Below, piece after piece: positions 1 to 9,130 of a stretch of DNA of 64,000 nucleotides; the stretch's first letter is position 1; every line of letters starts with the position of its first letter. Position numbers and translations under genes: made by a program. Location: contig OY970194.1 of NCBI GenBank assembly GCA_963708075.1, positions 4,480,001-4,544,000 of the forward strand. The letters are read 5' to 3'. The notes below the pieces were generated by a model. It was not told the DNA's origin, did no database searches, and saw nothing but the letters and a program-made list of their open reading frames with translations. Origin of the DNA: Sedimentisphaerales bacterium (GTDB taxonomy: Bacteria > Planctomycetota > Phycisphaerae > Sedimentisphaerales > Anaerobacaceae).

Positions 1-54
1 GGTCGGGGATTTGTCCTTCCGCGCTCTTGTCGACAACTGGCAACCGACTACCGG

Positions 55-858
55 CTACTGGCCTTCGTCCTGCGGGGCTTCGGGCGGGAAGTTCAGCCAG
101 GCGCGCTGGCCGTATTGTTTTATCGCTTCGCGGTCGCGAACCTTGGCGGCCTCCACCTCGTCGTCGAAGCGGCCGAGGTACCGGCGTGCGATAAACGCCT
201 GCCACTTGTTCCCGCAGGGAGAGACACCAATGAACCGTGACTTGGTGCCCGCACGTTTGCGTCGATTCTGCGCATTCACGGCCGGGGGGACGATGCGCAG
301 ATTGCAGTGGCGGTTGTCCAAACCGTTGCCGTTGATGTGGTCCACGACCATGCCTTGGGGCGGGCGCATAATCATGCGATGCATGAGTTGGCTGCCGCGC
401 CCCACATTCCGTGCCGCATAGATCGTGCCACTTCCGTTCGTGCGATTCGCGTGCCACTTGTACTGGCTGAGCCATTCGTAGTCTTCGGCGTCGACGATGG
501 CGTGCAGGCCGCGGGTCAGGGGGATGTAGCGAATGCTGTCGTTGGGCGGCTGGGGCGGCTCGACGCGGTAGGGCTTAGCCCGGAAGTTGCGGCATGGCGT
601 GAGCGGGATTCGACGCATTTGGCCGGGCGCGTCCGGCTGATTCGCGCACTGGCCCAGCATCGGGAAGCCCGACAGGAGCGTCTGCGCCCAGAGGACCACG
701 CTGGAGACGCAGAAGATGCAGTCGAAACAGGTCCGACGGAGTCTGTTGTCCGGGGCTCCCGCGGGCGGCTCGGTCGCGACCGGCTCCCGGACGACCCGTG
801 CCCGTCTCACATTGTGTCTCTTGCCCGCTCTCGCCGTTCGCCTTGTTCGCTTCTCCAT
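55..858 (-). CDS. HNH endonuclease (HNH_3-type) with C-terminal AP2-like DNA-binding domain and Cys-rich N-terminus
   Basis: MHRMIM..VVDHINGNGLDNRHCNLR HNH motif; KSRFIGVS..KWQAFI..YLGRFDDEVEAAKVRD..WLNFP AP2-like motif; ATG at 858 preceded by GGAGG. Confidence 0.85.
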   Translation of the reverse strand: MEKRTRRTARAGKRHNVRRARVVREPVATEPPAGAPDNRLRRTCFDCIFCVSSVVLWAQTLLSGFPMLGQCANQPDAPGQMRRIPLTPCRNFRAKPYRVEPPQPPNDSIRYIPLTRGLHAIVDAEDYEWLSQYKWHANRTNGSGTIYAARNVGRGSQLMHRMIMRPPQGMVVDHINGNGLDNRHCNLRIVPPAVNAQNRRKRAGTKSRFIGVSPCGNKWQAFIARRYLGRFDDEVEAAKVRDREAIKQYGQRAWLNFPPEAPQDEGQ

Positions 859-991
859 GTTGCCTCCGAATTCTCGCCGATCATCTGTCAGGTTCGCGTC
901 TCGCACATTCGAAGCACGAAATCTGAATGCCCCGGACTCACCGGTCGGCCGCACACCGCGGCCAAGACACTGATTCTGTGATGTTCATAGG

Positions 992-1020
992 ATTGTAAAC
1001 ACAGTTCCGTGTTGGATCAA
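992..1020 (-). promoter_or_regulatory. sigma70-like promoter of the HNH-AP2 gene, with a palindrome in the spacer
   Basis: TTGATC-17 nt-TACAAT on the minus strand; AACAC-N6-GTGTT at 998-1013. Confidence 0.55.
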
Positions 1021-1169
1021 GGGAAATATGTTGGAATAGCCATATTGCGAAGTAATCGCAACTCCTTGCCCCGCAAGGAGTAAGGGACCGACCGCGAAGC
1101 AATGTCCTGCGAAATCAGAAGAAAACGGTGGGCGGAGCCCACTCGACTGGTCCGACTACGCGAAGTGTT

Positions 1170-1263
1170 GGGTGGCAGCGGCAAGCGCCAGCTTGCCGAT
1201 GGCTCATGTCTCCGCATAGACACCATCGGCAAGCTCCGGAGACTCCGCTTGCCGCTGCCACCC
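1170..1263. repeat. REP-like doublet (GGGTG-foot family)
   Basis: GGGTGGCAGCGGCAAGCG..GCTTGCCGATGG followed by the inverted copy CCATCGGCAAGC..CGCTTGCCGCTGCCACCC; related copies elsewhere in the window. Confidence 0.8.
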
Positions 1264-1551
1264 GGCACTCACCAAATTATCGAAGATTGAATAGTCATAT
1301 GAAATGGCCATGAGTGGCCGGAGTTTGTTTTTCCCTCCTAAGTTGTGGGCCATTTCATATATCCATTCACAGATCAATAGCATAGCCAGCGTACTTCCGG
1401 CTGTCGCCGAAGCCGTGCGGATTGACGGCGGCAAAAGCGAGGTCGGGGAGGGCACAGGGACTATAAAGGCTTTGGGGACGCGAGGAGACGCTCGTCCTAC
1501 GGCTTTCGAGTGCCGACAACCGGCTACTGGCTACCGACTACTTACCGTCCC

Positions 1552-3558
1552 TCAGTCAACTCTCTCGCAGATGATGTTTGTCAGGTCCAGGCCCTGGCCC
1601 TGGGACTTCTCGTTGTGGCCGATGATCTTGAACAGCAGGTGGTTGGGGCCCTCGGCGAGCGCCAGCGTGCCCATGTCCTGTCCCGGGGCACGCTCTCTCT
1701 TCTCGGCGTAGAGGTCCACCACCGGCCCTACCGGCGCCTCATCCTTGAACCACTGGACCTGTCCCTGCGCCGGGCCTTTGATCGCGTCCAGGCTCACTCT
1801 GTAGGCGCCGGCGGCGGGAAGCTCGCATGTGAAGCTGATGAAATGATTCCCGAATACGTCGCCGTCGCGGCTTTGCAGCGAGAGGAATGGGACCTCCTGG
1901 TCGTTGAGTTTCTCCCTTCCCTTGGTCAGCGTCGCATCCCGGTACGAAAAGGCCGGGATCGGGACATTCCACCATGTGGCGAAGACAATCCGCTTGAGAT
2001 CGACGACCTTCCGCTGCTCTGCCGGGGGCAGGGAGAAATCGCAGGTCGGCCGGTCCTGTGAGTACAGGAATGTCAGGCCGCAGTAGTCGTTCAGGAGATC
2101 GTTGCCTGTGGGGGCGTGCTCGATCGTCTGGAGGATGCTCTTGCGATAAGCATAGGCGTCGCCGAGAAGGAGCCGGTAGCCTCCCGTTCTGCCCAGGTGC
2201 TTCTGGTAGCCCAGACAGGCGCTCAGGGGCAACGACCTTCGCGATTCCCACCGGCCGGCCACGTCATACCACCCGCCGTTGTAGAAATCCTCGGAGCCGG
2301 TGCCGTGGATGACAAGCTCGCCGTCAATCGTTGTTTGATCGTCCCCTTCGAAGAAGTAGGTATTGCCCGATTCGAGTCCCTGCGATTGCTGGAAGAAACC
2401 CACCAGGTGTCCACGTCCGCCGGTCTCGATGAACGTGAAGGGCTTGCCCTTGGTCGTCGGATTCTCGCGGCGCCACAAGGCGTAGAATTTGCCCTCATTC
2501 TCTTTGCGTGCGACCGGCACGAACAGCACTTCGGCTTGCACGGAGACGCTTCGATCCAGGCCCGGCTCGGCATACAACTCGATCCGCGCCGATTTGTCGA
2601 ACGGCATGGGGAAGTAGCAGTAGTTCACGCCCCGGGCGGTGCCGACCAGGAGGGACTCGGTTGCGGATTCGCCCCAGGCATAGCCGAAGAAGTCACCCGC
2701 CGGACTTGCAATCGCCGGGTCCGTGTCCCCGTCCCAGAAGGCCCGCAGGACTACGTCACGCTGTTTGCCGGCTAGTGCATCCGCCGGCGACAGACGCATT
2801 CCCACAATCCTGCCGGGGCGATCCACGTTGAAGAGGGGCGATGCTTTCCCGGGCTCCAGGGTTACCTTGATGGCGACACGCTCGATTGTGCCGCCCTCGG
2901 GAACGACGTAGGCGCTGATGTCCCCGCCGGCCGACTCGAACAGCTTCCGGGCCTTCTCGATGTAGCGGCGCTGCTCGGCGCTCGGGTCGGCGGAGAAGCT
3001 CTTGATTCCCGCTCCCTGCGGATACGTTGCGTAGTTCAACTGATAGAATTGCATCCGCTCGGCTCTGATGAGCACCTTGCACGACTTCTCATAGGGGATG
3101 GGCACATAACTGTAGAACCCCCCGACCCCGAATCCAACCAAGGGTCGCTCGAAGCCCGGGTGCTTGCCCATGAAGAGGTCACGGAATTTCAACTGGATCG
3201 TCGGCTTCTCCTGCCCATCGAGGTAGAATTCCAGCATGTCATCGGTCGGCGTGGGCGTCCAGAGCCGGTAGATGACCCCGGGACCCTCCAAGTCCGCAAG
3301 CACGAGCCCATCCTTCTCTTTGCGAACGAAGGAGTACTGTCCCCCGAACCCGTCGTTGTTTCCGCCGGTTCGGTCGTAGCTGGACACGGAGGCAACCTTG
3401 ATGGACTCCTTGAACACCGGCAGGCGATCAAGGCGATACAGTTCCTGAATCCCAGGGACCCATTCCTCCCCGGCGAGAAGCTCGGCACAGGTCACAGACA
3501 GCGCCAGGATTCCAACAACTGCGAAACGAACCGGACATAACGGCCAATGTATTCTCAC
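1552..3558 (-). CDS. DUF2961 / GH172-like glycoside hydrolase, secreted
   Basis: signal peptide; SSYDRTGGNND, GPGVIYRLW, YFPMPF, FFEGDD, HGTGSEDFYNGGWY motifs; GTG start. Confidence 0.8.
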   Translation of the reverse strand: MRIHWPLCPVRFAVVGILALSVTCAELLAGEEWVPGIQELYRLDRLPVFKESIKVASVSSYDRTGGNNDGFGGQYSFVRKEKDGLVLADLEGPGVIYRLWTPTPTDDMLEFYLDGQEKPTIQLKFRDLFMGKHPGFERPLVGFGVGGFYSYVPIPYEKSCKVLIRAERMQFYQLNYATYPQGAGIKSFSADPSAEQRRYIEKARKLFESAGGDISAYVVPEGGTIERVAIKVTLEPGKASPLFNVDRPGRIVGMRLSPADALAGKQRDVVLRAFWDGDTDPAIASPAGDFFGYAWGESATESLLVGTARGVNYCYFPMPFDKSARIELYAEPGLDRSVSVQAEVLFVPVARKENEGKFYALWRRENPTTKGKPFTFIETGGRGHLVGFFQQSQGLESGNTYFFEGDDQTTIDGELVIHGTGSEDFYNGGWYDVAGRWESRRSLPLSACLGYQKHLGRTGGYRLLLGDAYAYRKSILQTIEHAPTGNDLLNDYCGLTFLYSQDRPTCDFSLPPAEQRKVVDLKRIVFATWWNVPIPAFSYRDATLTKGREKLNDQEVPFLSLQSRDGDVFGNHFISFTCELPAAGAYRVSLDAIKGPAQGQVQWFKDEAPVGPVVDLYAEKRERAPGQDMGTLALAEGPNHLLFKIIGHNEKSQGQGLDLTNIICERVD

Positions 3559-3764
3559 TTTTTACCCCCTTCTGCGCAAGTCACTGCTTTCGCTGCTTCT
3601 TAGTCACGACAAAATCCCGGGCCTCACAGACTCCATTGCAGCACGGCGATTCTAACGCCGGCTGATCCTCCCGGCAACCGTATCCACAAGCAACCGCGAC
3701 GCGACCTGATTTCCTCCGCCGTCCCGTCTATCCGAGGTGTATAACAGGAAAGTGGTAATCGGAA

Positions 3765-3864
3765 CGGGTGGCAGCGGCAAGCGCACAGGCTGTGTCAGCA
3801 GTCCGAGCAGCCTGGGAGCTTGCCGATGGTTTGTCCATCCGCGACCAACAAAGCCTTTGGCCGG
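3765..3864. repeat. REP-like element downstream of the FRG gene (right arm truncated)
   Basis: CGGGTGGCAGCGGCAAGCGCAC..GCTTGCCGATGG; 3818-3862 matches 4863-4907 at 38/45 nt. Confidence 0.75.
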
Positions 3865-3865
3865 C

Positions 3866-4708
3866 TCAGAGTCTCAGCTCCAGTGCCGTGCGGAGTTTGA
3901 GATCTTGTGTCAGGCCGTCGAGGTCGGGAAAGACGCTGGCCGGGCTGATGCCGAGGTCGAACAGCGTTGCGATGATGGGTTTGATCGCGGCGGGCTTGAT
4001 CGCGTACTTCAGCAGCGAGGTCTCACCGAAGGAGGGCTGGGTGGCCGCGATGGTCTCGAAGTCCTCCGGACGTTGGCCGTGGACTGTAAAGCAGCCTCGC
4101 TGGCTCGCCACGCGGGGATGAACGAACGAGGGCTGCACGGCCACCGGGTATTGCGTCGGCCGATTGTAGAATACCTCCTTCGTGTGCGGGTCGATCTGCG
4201 GGTCCTTGCCCGCCGTGCCGAATGCGATTTTGAAGTTCTCCAGCACCGGGCCCTGCGTCCACGTGTTTGGGAAGACGGATGTGTCGGGGAAGGTAAGATG
4301 ATTCAGGGCGATTGGGTTGAGCACCCAGACCCCTGCACTCGTCTGAATTTCCCTGGCCGGCATGAAGAAGTACGCCTCGACCGCGAAGTACAGGGCGATC
4401 AGGGGTGACTCGGTCCAGTCCAGCAGCCGGGTGGGTAGACCGAAATACTGCATCAGGAACAGCCACTGGTCCAGCCGCTCCGTCGCAGGCGTGTTCCCGA
4501 ACGCCGGCGCCCGCAGCCGGAACGTCGCCGAAAGCGTCGCCTCTCGCTCGTAGTAGCCCCGGCGAAAGATAGACGGGATGGGCAACTGCGCCGCATCCCG
4601 CTGGCCGCGAAACCACGGCGTCGAAAAATTCTCCCGAAACCAACCCGACGTATGCTGCTGCACATCCGCGAGAAACTCGCCAACCGACCGGATCTCCTTG
4701 CTCTCCAT
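3866..4708 (-). CDS. FRG domain protein
   Basis: WFRGQ, MQYFGLPTRLLDWTESPLIALYFAV and RVASQRGCFTVHG motifs; GGAGG RBS before the ATG at 4708. Confidence 0.9.
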   Translation of the reverse strand: MESKEIRSVGEFLADVQQHTSGWFRENFSTPWFRGQRDAAQLPIPSIFRRGYYEREATLSATFRLRAPAFGNTPATERLDQWLFLMQYFGLPTRLLDWTESPLIALYFAVEAYFFMPAREIQTSAGVWVLNPIALNHLTFPDTSVFPNTWTQGPVLENFKIAFGTAGKDPQIDPHTKEVFYNRPTQYPVAVQPSFVHPRVASQRGCFTVHGQRPEDFETIAATQPSFGETSLLKYAIKPAAIKPIIATLFDLGISPASVFPDLDGLTQDLKLRTALELRL

Positions 4709-4841
4709 ATGTTCCTCCAATGAATTCCATCGAGTATACGCGGCAGAGCAGGACACGATCAATCAAATCCCGGACCCCATAGCTGAGTGCATGGCAAGAC
4801 TGGCTTTGCGTGCTCTTCGGTGGCGCAGCGCCCAAGGATCA

Positions 4842-4923
4842 CGGGTGCATCGGCGAGCGCACGCTTGCCGATGGTTTGGCCGTCCGCCATCGACAACGCC
4901 TTCGGCCCTGGCACTGCCACCGG
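4842..4923. repeat. REP-like doublet upstream of the FRG gene
   Basis: left arm CGGGTGCATCGGCGAGCGCACGCTTGCCGATGG; degenerate right arm CCATCGACAAC..GCACTGCCACCGG. Confidence 0.7.
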
Positions 4924-4942
4924 CCGTACGAGGAGCGAAGCC

Positions 4943-5305
4943 CTATTCACCGACTTCCGCATAGGCCGGCACTCGCCAATCCAGAAGCATCTCCGATGGC
5001 TGCACCGCGCCCGGCTTGGAAAAGTCGACGCCATGGTGCTTGGAAATGTGCTCACGGAACCATGTGTCAAAGACCTCGTTCGATCTCGCCAGCTTGTGCA
5101 GGAAGTCCTTGGCGCCTGGGCCATCCAAGACCACGATGGCCAGCGGCCCCTCAGGACTCTGCGTCAGCCACGCCCGATGAAGCGTGAGCCCCATCCGCTC
5201 GTTGAAATCCTCGAATTCTTCCCTTCGCGGGCCCGTACACTCGCGAATCCACGCCTTCCACGGCTCGACCTCGTTCTCAATCAAAGGGACACCTATTGCC
5301 AACAT
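4943..5305 (-). CDS. hypothetical protein (about 120 aa)
   Basis: natural-looking composition (EPWKAWIRECTGPRREEF..FDTWFREHISKHHGVDFS); start codon uncertain. Confidence 0.7.
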   Translation of the reverse strand: MLAIGVPLIENEVEPWKAWIRECTGPRREEFEDFNERMGLTLHRAWLTQSPEGPLAIVVLDGPGAKDFLHKLARSNEVFDTWFREHISKHHGVDFSKPGAVQPSEMLLDWRVPAYAEVGE

Positions 5306-5511
5306 GGGACACCCCACTTTCTCATCAATGAACTTCAACTGTGCTCTACGAACGTTCAACCTATGAGTAATACGATCTCTGGGGTGTGCGAGTGGTTAGG
5401 TAAATCGATCTACCACTTGCAGCCGGTCCAGGAGCCACAAATGTTACTTTCGCGGTTCTGCTTGCCTTATAATGTGGCAGCCGGCTCATGATGCGCTAAC
5501 GGGAGACAGGT

Positions 5512-7689
5512 ATGAGGAAACACATACTTCGGTGCACAGTACTGATGCTGCTTCTGGCGGCTGGATGCAAGAAGGAGTCGGATGACATAATGACGCCCTT
5601 GCACCGTGCGGTCGCCAATGGCGACGCGAATGAGGTGCAGTTTCTGCTTCGCCGGGGTGCGGATATAGAGGCCAAGGATTTCTCCGGCCGGACTCCCTTA
5701 CATACAGCAGCGATGGACTGGCGTACGGATATGGTCGTACTACTCCTTGATAATGGCGCCTACATCAATGCATTAGACAAATGGGGCTATTCCGTGCTGC
5801 ACAGGGCGCTCCACGACGGCCGAGCCAGTGTGGCTGAGCTTTTGCTTGCCCGTGGTGCTTACGTCAAGACACAAAGCCAAAGCGGGGAGACGCCGCTGCA
5901 CGAGGCAGCGACACGCGGCTGGACGAGGCTCGTGGAGTTGCTCACTGCCAAGGGAGCGGATGTCAACGCTGCTGCCCGAGACGGCAACACGCCGTTGCTC
6001 TGCGCGATCACCAGGGATTCTGGGAGAGGCTATGACAGCTATCCTCTCGACCCAAATCATCTGCAGGTAGTCAGTCTTCTCATCAAGAAGGACGCTAATG
6101 TCAATGCAATGAATAAGGCCGGCGACACCGCACTCTGCTACGCCGCACAAACCGGCGATCTGAAGCTGGCTCAACTGCTCCTGGACAACGGCGCACAACC
6201 AGATCATGCTGCCACACCCGACCGGGCGCCGGCGATTCTCGCGATGAACCATAATCGCATGGGTGTCGCGAAGTTGCTCGTCGCCCGCGGCGCCAATGTC
6301 ACACTTCACTTGGCAGCTTACGCCGGCAACCTCGAGAAGGCTAAAGGCTTACTCCAGGACGCCGGTGATGTGAGTGCGCGGGATCGAACAGGGCGAACCG
6401 CCCTGCATATCGCGGCCCGCGCCGGGCATCGCGAGATGATCGACTTGCTCCTTAGCAGCGGCGCTGACGTGAACGCCAGGGCCGAGGCCGGATGGACGCC
6501 TCTGCACGAAGCGGCACAAAGCGGGCATGAAGCCGTCGTGGAGCTTCTCATCGCCCGAGGTGCAATGGTGAATGCGAAACTCACATCGCCTGAGCATAAC
6601 ATGATCGGTGATGATCTTCAAACGCCGTATGCACCGGTCGGGACAACCGCCCTGCATCTGGCTGTGAGGTACCCGGAAGTCGCGAAGATTCTGGTAGTCA
6701 ACGCTGCGGAGGTCAACGCAAAGGACGAAAATGACGAGACGCCAGTGCATCACGCCCTCTTCGAGGGCCGCAAGCAAGTGGTTGATCTGCTCCTCGCCGC
6801 AGGCGCGGACATCAACCTCTACGAGGCCGCTTATATGGGACATGCCGAGAAGGTCAGACACCTGATCGACGCGGGCGCGGATATAAGTGCGAAGGACGCG
6901 GAGAACGACACGCCCCTCTATCTTGCCATTCTCGGTGGCCATGCCGATGCCGCGGAGGTGCTGCTCGACAACGGTGCAAACGCCAACGAGAGACTCACTG
7001 AACACGACATTCGAGATGAGACGCTCTTGCATAGGGCGGCCCAGTTCGATTTTGAAGATGTCGCGCGCACGCTGATCGCCCATGGCGCAGATATCCATGC
7101 AAGGGACGGTTCGGGGAATACTCCCCTGCACGCCGCGGCCTACTGCGGCAGCGTAGCTGTCGCCCGGATGCTCCTGGCTCACGGCGCTGATCCAAATGCA
7201 AGAAGCATCGATGACAAGGCGCCACTTGACTACGCACAGGAAGCCGGTTTTGCCGATGTGGCTCAATTGCTCGGCGGCGATCCCAAGAACCTCAAGCGGG
7301 GACCGTACAGAGTCGTGATCAGGGACCCCAACGAAGTCCGACGATTCATCAGGTACAGGCGCATGGACGTTGATGCGATGTGGCTGCCTGATGAATCACA
7401 ACTGAAGGGATTCGAGGCTGCATTCAGGCGGTATGTCCAGGACTACACCTCGTTCCGCAGTGAGCGTGAGTTCATTCTGGCGGACTTGCGCAGGTTTCAC
7501 CGGGAGTACTCCGGATTCATCTACGATGGTCGGCGATACATCGTCTGCCGTCTGCTCCGCGCGGACCTGAACGAGGAGCCTCCTGCGAGCCACTTCACCA
7601 GTCTGATTGACGAAGCTTGGACGATGAGCCACATCATTTTCGATTTGGACAGTGGGACCGTGATCCAGGCCAATCATGCCGTGCCATAG
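5512..7689 (+). CDS. ankyrin-repeat lipoprotein with an unassigned C-terminal domain
   Basis: LLAAG-C lipobox; many G-x-TPLH-x-AA..LL..GADVNA repeats; about 130-aa non-ankyrin tail. Confidence 0.9.
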   Translation: MRKHILRCTVLMLLLAAGCKKESDDIMTPLHRAVANGDANEVQFLLRRGADIEAKDFSGRTPLHTAAMDWRTDMVVLLLDNGAYINALDKWGYSVLHRALHDGRASVAELLLARGAYVKTQSQSGETPLHEAATRGWTRLVELLTAKGADVNAAARDGNTPLLCAITRDSGRGYDSYPLDPNHLQVVSLLIKKDANVNAMNKAGDTALCYAAQTGDLKLAQLLLDNGAQPDHAATPDRAPAILAMNHNRMGVAKLLVARGANVTLHLAAYAGNLEKAKGLLQDAGDVSARDRTGRTALHIAARAGHREMIDLLLSSGADVNARAEAGWTPLHEAAQSGHEAVVELLIARGAMVNAKLTSPEHNMIGDDLQTPYAPVGTTALHLAVRYPEVAKILVVNAAEVNAKDENDETPVHHALFEGRKQVVDLLLAAGADINLYEAAYMGHAEKVRHLIDAGADISAKDAENDTPLYLAILGGHADAAEVLLDNGANANERLTEHDIRDETLLHRAAQFDFEDVARTLIAHGADIHARDGSGNTPLHAAAYCGSVAVARMLLAHGADPNARSIDDKAPLDYAQEAGFADVAQLLGGDPKNLKRGPYRVVIRDPNEVRRFIRYRRMDVDAMWLPDESQLKGFEAAFRRYVQDYTSFRSEREFILADLRRFHREYSGFIYDGRRYIVCRLLRADLNEEPPASHFTSLIDEAWTMSHIIFDLDSGTVIQANHAVP

Positions 7690-7741
7690 TCAGTTGAGCA
7701 AGAACTCCACTGCCGAGGCAACGCTGTCATGAAAGACAAAG

Positions 7742-7801
7742 CGGGACAAGCGCCGCTGCGGAGAAAGCCTGCCTGGCTTGTCCGCAGGGACGCTTGTCCC
7801 G
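7742..7801. repeat. intergenic hairpin between convergent genes
   Basis: CGGGACAAGCG..CGCTTGTCCCG with inner CTGCGGA/TCCGCAG. Confidence 0.5.
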
Positions 7802-7868
7802 GGTGTCTCTTCAGGCTGCGTGCGTCACTGTGTTCGTACGCATGTACTCGCGAGATTCACGGCGGCCG

Positions 7869-8093
7869 TTACTGCTGCTCCTGGGCGGCTTCGGTGTCGA
7901 TGCTCTGCTGGAGCTTTTCCAATTCGGCGGACGCGTTCTCTTCCTTGATTTCCTTCTCTGCCTCGGCCTTGTACTCGGCGGCCGTCTTGGTCGGCTCCGC
8001 CGGGGCCGGGGGCTGGGTTTTCTTGGCACAGCCGGTCACGCAAAGGAGACACAGCGTGACGGCGATGCATGCGGCGACTATCATTCTCGACAT
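7869..8093 (-). CDS. small lipoprotein
   Basis: hydrophobic leader with VTG-C lipobox, acidic helical tail; GGAG RBS. Confidence 0.75.
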   Translation of the reverse strand: MSRMIVAACIAVTLCLLCVTGCAKKTQPPAPAEPTKTAAEYKAEAEKEIKEENASAELEKLQQSIDTEAAQEQQ

Positions 8094-8096
8094 GGT

Positions 8097-8879
8097 TCAA
8101 CTCCCGTATGTCTGAAGTAATTGACTGACCGTACTGACGACGTTACTGCGGCTTGGCGCATTCGGCTCTGGAGCCGGAGGTGTCACTGGCGTAGGAGCTG
8201 AAGGTGCCGGCGCAGGAGCCGGTGCAGCCTGTCCACCCGCAGTAGTGCCCCCGGCAGCAGGCGGTGGCGTCTGAGCTTCAGGCTTGGTCTCGGCCGGTTT
8301 GGCGGCTTCGCCGGCAGGCTTCTCAACCTTGCCTTTGCCACCCTTCGGCTTCTGCACGTCCGTCGGCGGCAGTGTCCCGCCCGCACGCTTCTCGGCCTGC
8401 ATCTTCAGGAGCTTGGCCTCGTAGCGCTGTTTTTCCTTGGCGATCAATTGATCGACCTGCTCGACCGTCTTGGTGTCGTTCTTCTTCACGGCCAGCTCTC
8501 GGATACGGGCCAGCCGGGCCTCACGCTCCATGTGCTTGGCGGTCTCATGCTGGATCTGCTTGTCGAGGGCCCGCAACTGCTGCGCCTGGTCCTTGCCCTT
8601 GCCCTTGGCCTCGGCCGCCTTGTCCGCGGCCTGGTCCTTCGCAGACTTGCCCTTTGTCTGGGCCTGGTCCATGGCGCCCTTGCCTTTTTCCTTGGCCGCC
8701 TTCTCGACGTCCTGCGGGGTGGTCGCCTTCTCGGCTTTCTTTTCGGCGGCAGCCGCGTTCTCGTTGGCCTTGTTAACCGTCCGATCCTCCCGCTGTTTGC
8801 CCTTGCCTTGCGCCAGCGCGCTGCCGGCCGCCCAAGACAGGACGGATACTACACATAACAACAAAATCGTGCGTTTCAT
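8097..8879 (-). CDS. secreted low-complexity Lys/Ala/Pro-rich coiled-coil protein
   Basis: MKRTILLL..ALA signal peptide after a GGAGG RBS; the upstream 79 codons of the ORF-track call are probably non-coding. Confidence 0.75.
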   Translation of the reverse strand: MKRTILLLCVVSVLSWAAGSALAQGKGKQREDRTVNKANENAAAAEKKAEKATTPQDVEKAAKEKGKGAMDQAQTKGKSAKDQAADKAAEAKGKGKDQAQQLRALDKQIQHETAKHMEREARLARIRELAVKKNDTKTVEQVDQLIAKEKQRYEAKLLKMQAEKRAGGTLPPTDVQKPKGGKGKVEKPAGEAAKPAETKPEAQTPPPAAGGTTAGGQAAPAPAPAPSAPTPVTPPAPEPNAPSRSNVVSTVSQLLQTYGS

Positions 8880-9130
8880 TTTATGGTCCTCCCGTAGAAT
8901 GGTACCACGCACCGGAGGCCTGTCTGCTCCGAGACAATCGGTATCCAGCAGACGCGGCCAGCAATACATCAGGAGAATATCATCACTACATCGAGCCATA
9001 AATGCAAGTATTTTCGGTCCCCAGGGACAATTCGTGTGCGGACGGTCAATATTCGCATTTAGGTGACTGAATATACAGTTTCCACCACGCAAGACTCTTT
9101 CCAGACCCGCATTCATCGCATTGTGCCCCG

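Noticed and set aside
5354..5401. GTTCAAC..GTTAGGT resembling integron attC core sites
   Set aside because: Only 48 nt, no paired L boxes, not downstream of a gene, no integrase in the window
8097..8160. Possible fourth frameshift giving an earlier stop (..EPNAPKPQ) in the secreted low-complexity gene
   Set aside because: The existing frame ends neatly before the next gene; cannot be decided without homologues
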